DNA from: Paecilomyces variotii
Lineage: Eukaryota
Strand: one strand, 5' to 3'
DNA: 64,000 nt
Assembly: GCA_004022145.1 (NCBI GenBank)
Contig: RCNU01000005.1
Part shown: positions 63,017 to 64,000 of the stretch, in pieces
How positions within the stretch are numbered: the first letter of the stretch is position 1
How the letters are laid out: the number at the start of each line of letters is the position of its first letter
Position numbers and translations under genes: made by a program
Notes under the pieces: generated by a model
Database searches by the model: none
Seen by the model: the letters and a program-made list of their open reading frames with translations, nothing else
What the model was told of the DNA's origin: nothing

Positions 63017-63823
63017 GAAAGAATACCTATCCTCATTGCCTCTATAAGCCTATGGTCACATACCCTCATGAATCTTTCTTTCCATATCCGGCAGTGGAAC
63101 GTCAGTGCGATACAGTTGCCGTTGTCGCACAGATAGCCGCTGTCAGTGCCACGGGGAACATTTCTCATTATGACTGTGTGGAAACAGTTGCGAGTGGTCT
63201 TGAGATGATTAGGAATACGGCTTCCTTTGACCGTTCCCTATTTGCATCCCCACTGTCTCCCCGCACACATTCTCCGACGGTCTGGAGGTGGACAACCGAA
63301 GATGGATGGTCTGAGGCTCGGAAACCAGAATCCATCTCTGGGCCACGGCTGAATTCCGGGGTTGCTCAGCCCCGACATCCCACCAGCCCTATCGTTTCTC
63401 GATCCGACATTGGCTGACATCACGCTGTTTCCATAGCCTGGAGCAGATCCATTCGAGGAGCTTTTCGAGATTGTAGTACACGGGACCGAGAGGGAATCTC
63501 TCGCCGTTCTCTTGCCTGTTCGGTCCAGCTTGTGGCGGAAAGTGGTGGGTGGACGTGTTTGGGGAAGACATATCGGGCTTTGTTGCCTTAGACGAAATCC
63601 TCAAGGGTGTCGGAAATCGCTATCCTATAGATTGTAATGTAATGTGTTCACTCTTCGTAGGATCCCTTCGACCTTCATCTATATAGCTGGGCTCCTCTGT
63701 CTTTCCTCAGACGCTATCACATCGATTGACTTCGTCTCAACTACACTTATCCAGCAACAAAGAAACTAAAGTCTCTAGTTTTTTCCTTTGAGAAAATTCA
63801 CACCAGAAGACAGATCAGTCGCA

Positions 63824-64000
63824 ATGGCCCCCGCTGCTGTTGTGGAAGCTCCTGTGGCTCAGACTCCTGTTCCTTCCTTCAAGAAGGACCGTGATGGACT
63901 GGCCTTGGAGAGCCTGTCCGACGACATTGACAAGGTCAACATTCTGAAGAGTAACCTGAAGAAGGAAAATAAAGACAAGGATATTTACGAGGAGTCTGAC
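63824..64000 (+). CDS. Probable myo-inositol oxygenase (MIOX), 5' part only
   Basis: ATG 63824 (GCAATGG), open to the window end: MAPAAVVEAP..RDGLALESLSDDIDKVNILK..DIYEESD. This resembles the N-terminal extension I recall from Pezizomycotina inositol oxygenases. The catalytic region lies outside the window. TATA-like TATATA near 63680. Confidence 0.65.
   Translation, partial: MAPAAVVEAPVAQTPVPSFKKDRDGLALESLSDDIDKVNILKSNLKKENKDKDIYEESD

Noticed and set aside
30116-64000. Window-wide uronate/ascorbate-like cluster (Ara2-like, polygalacturonase, AKR, MIOX)
   Set aside because: The genes are spread over 34 kb and interleaved with housekeeping genes. Only the adjacent AKR/MIOX pair is retained as a hypothesis.

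Overview
Eukaryotic, intron-containing DNA from a filamentous ascomycete. The short GT-AG introns with CTRAC branch sites and the gene content look Eurotiales-like (Aspergillus/Paecilomyces type; this is an inference). I can build about 24 protein-coding genes by hand-splicing. Housekeeping genes: atypical hexokinase-like protein, DUF2458-like protein, COX14-type assembly factor, Tyr-type DAHP synthase, 3-ketoacyl-CoA thiolase, mitoribosomal mL50, Rtf2, glucosidase II beta, Trf4/Pap2, Pam16 and a Pex30-family protein. Metabolic and accessory genes: double-GFA protein, Ara2/L-galactose dehydrogenase-like AKR, NAD(P)-binding protein, GH28 endopolygalacturonase, TRI12-type MFS, PTH11-like membrane protein, Gcy1-like AKR and the 5' end of a probable myo-inositol oxygenase. 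No tRNA, rRNA, CRISPR or intact transposon was recognised. Two observations stand out. (1) Two tiny, microexon-split metallothionein genes (23 and 24 aa, different Cys patterns) lie in tandem at 21.3-24.7 kb; the ORF track has no correct model for either, and the second is head-to-head with a Zn-binding GFA gene. (2) An AKR and the inositol oxygenase are divergently transcribed and could encode consecutive steps of inositol/glucuronate catabolism. All family calls come from motif recognition, not database searches.
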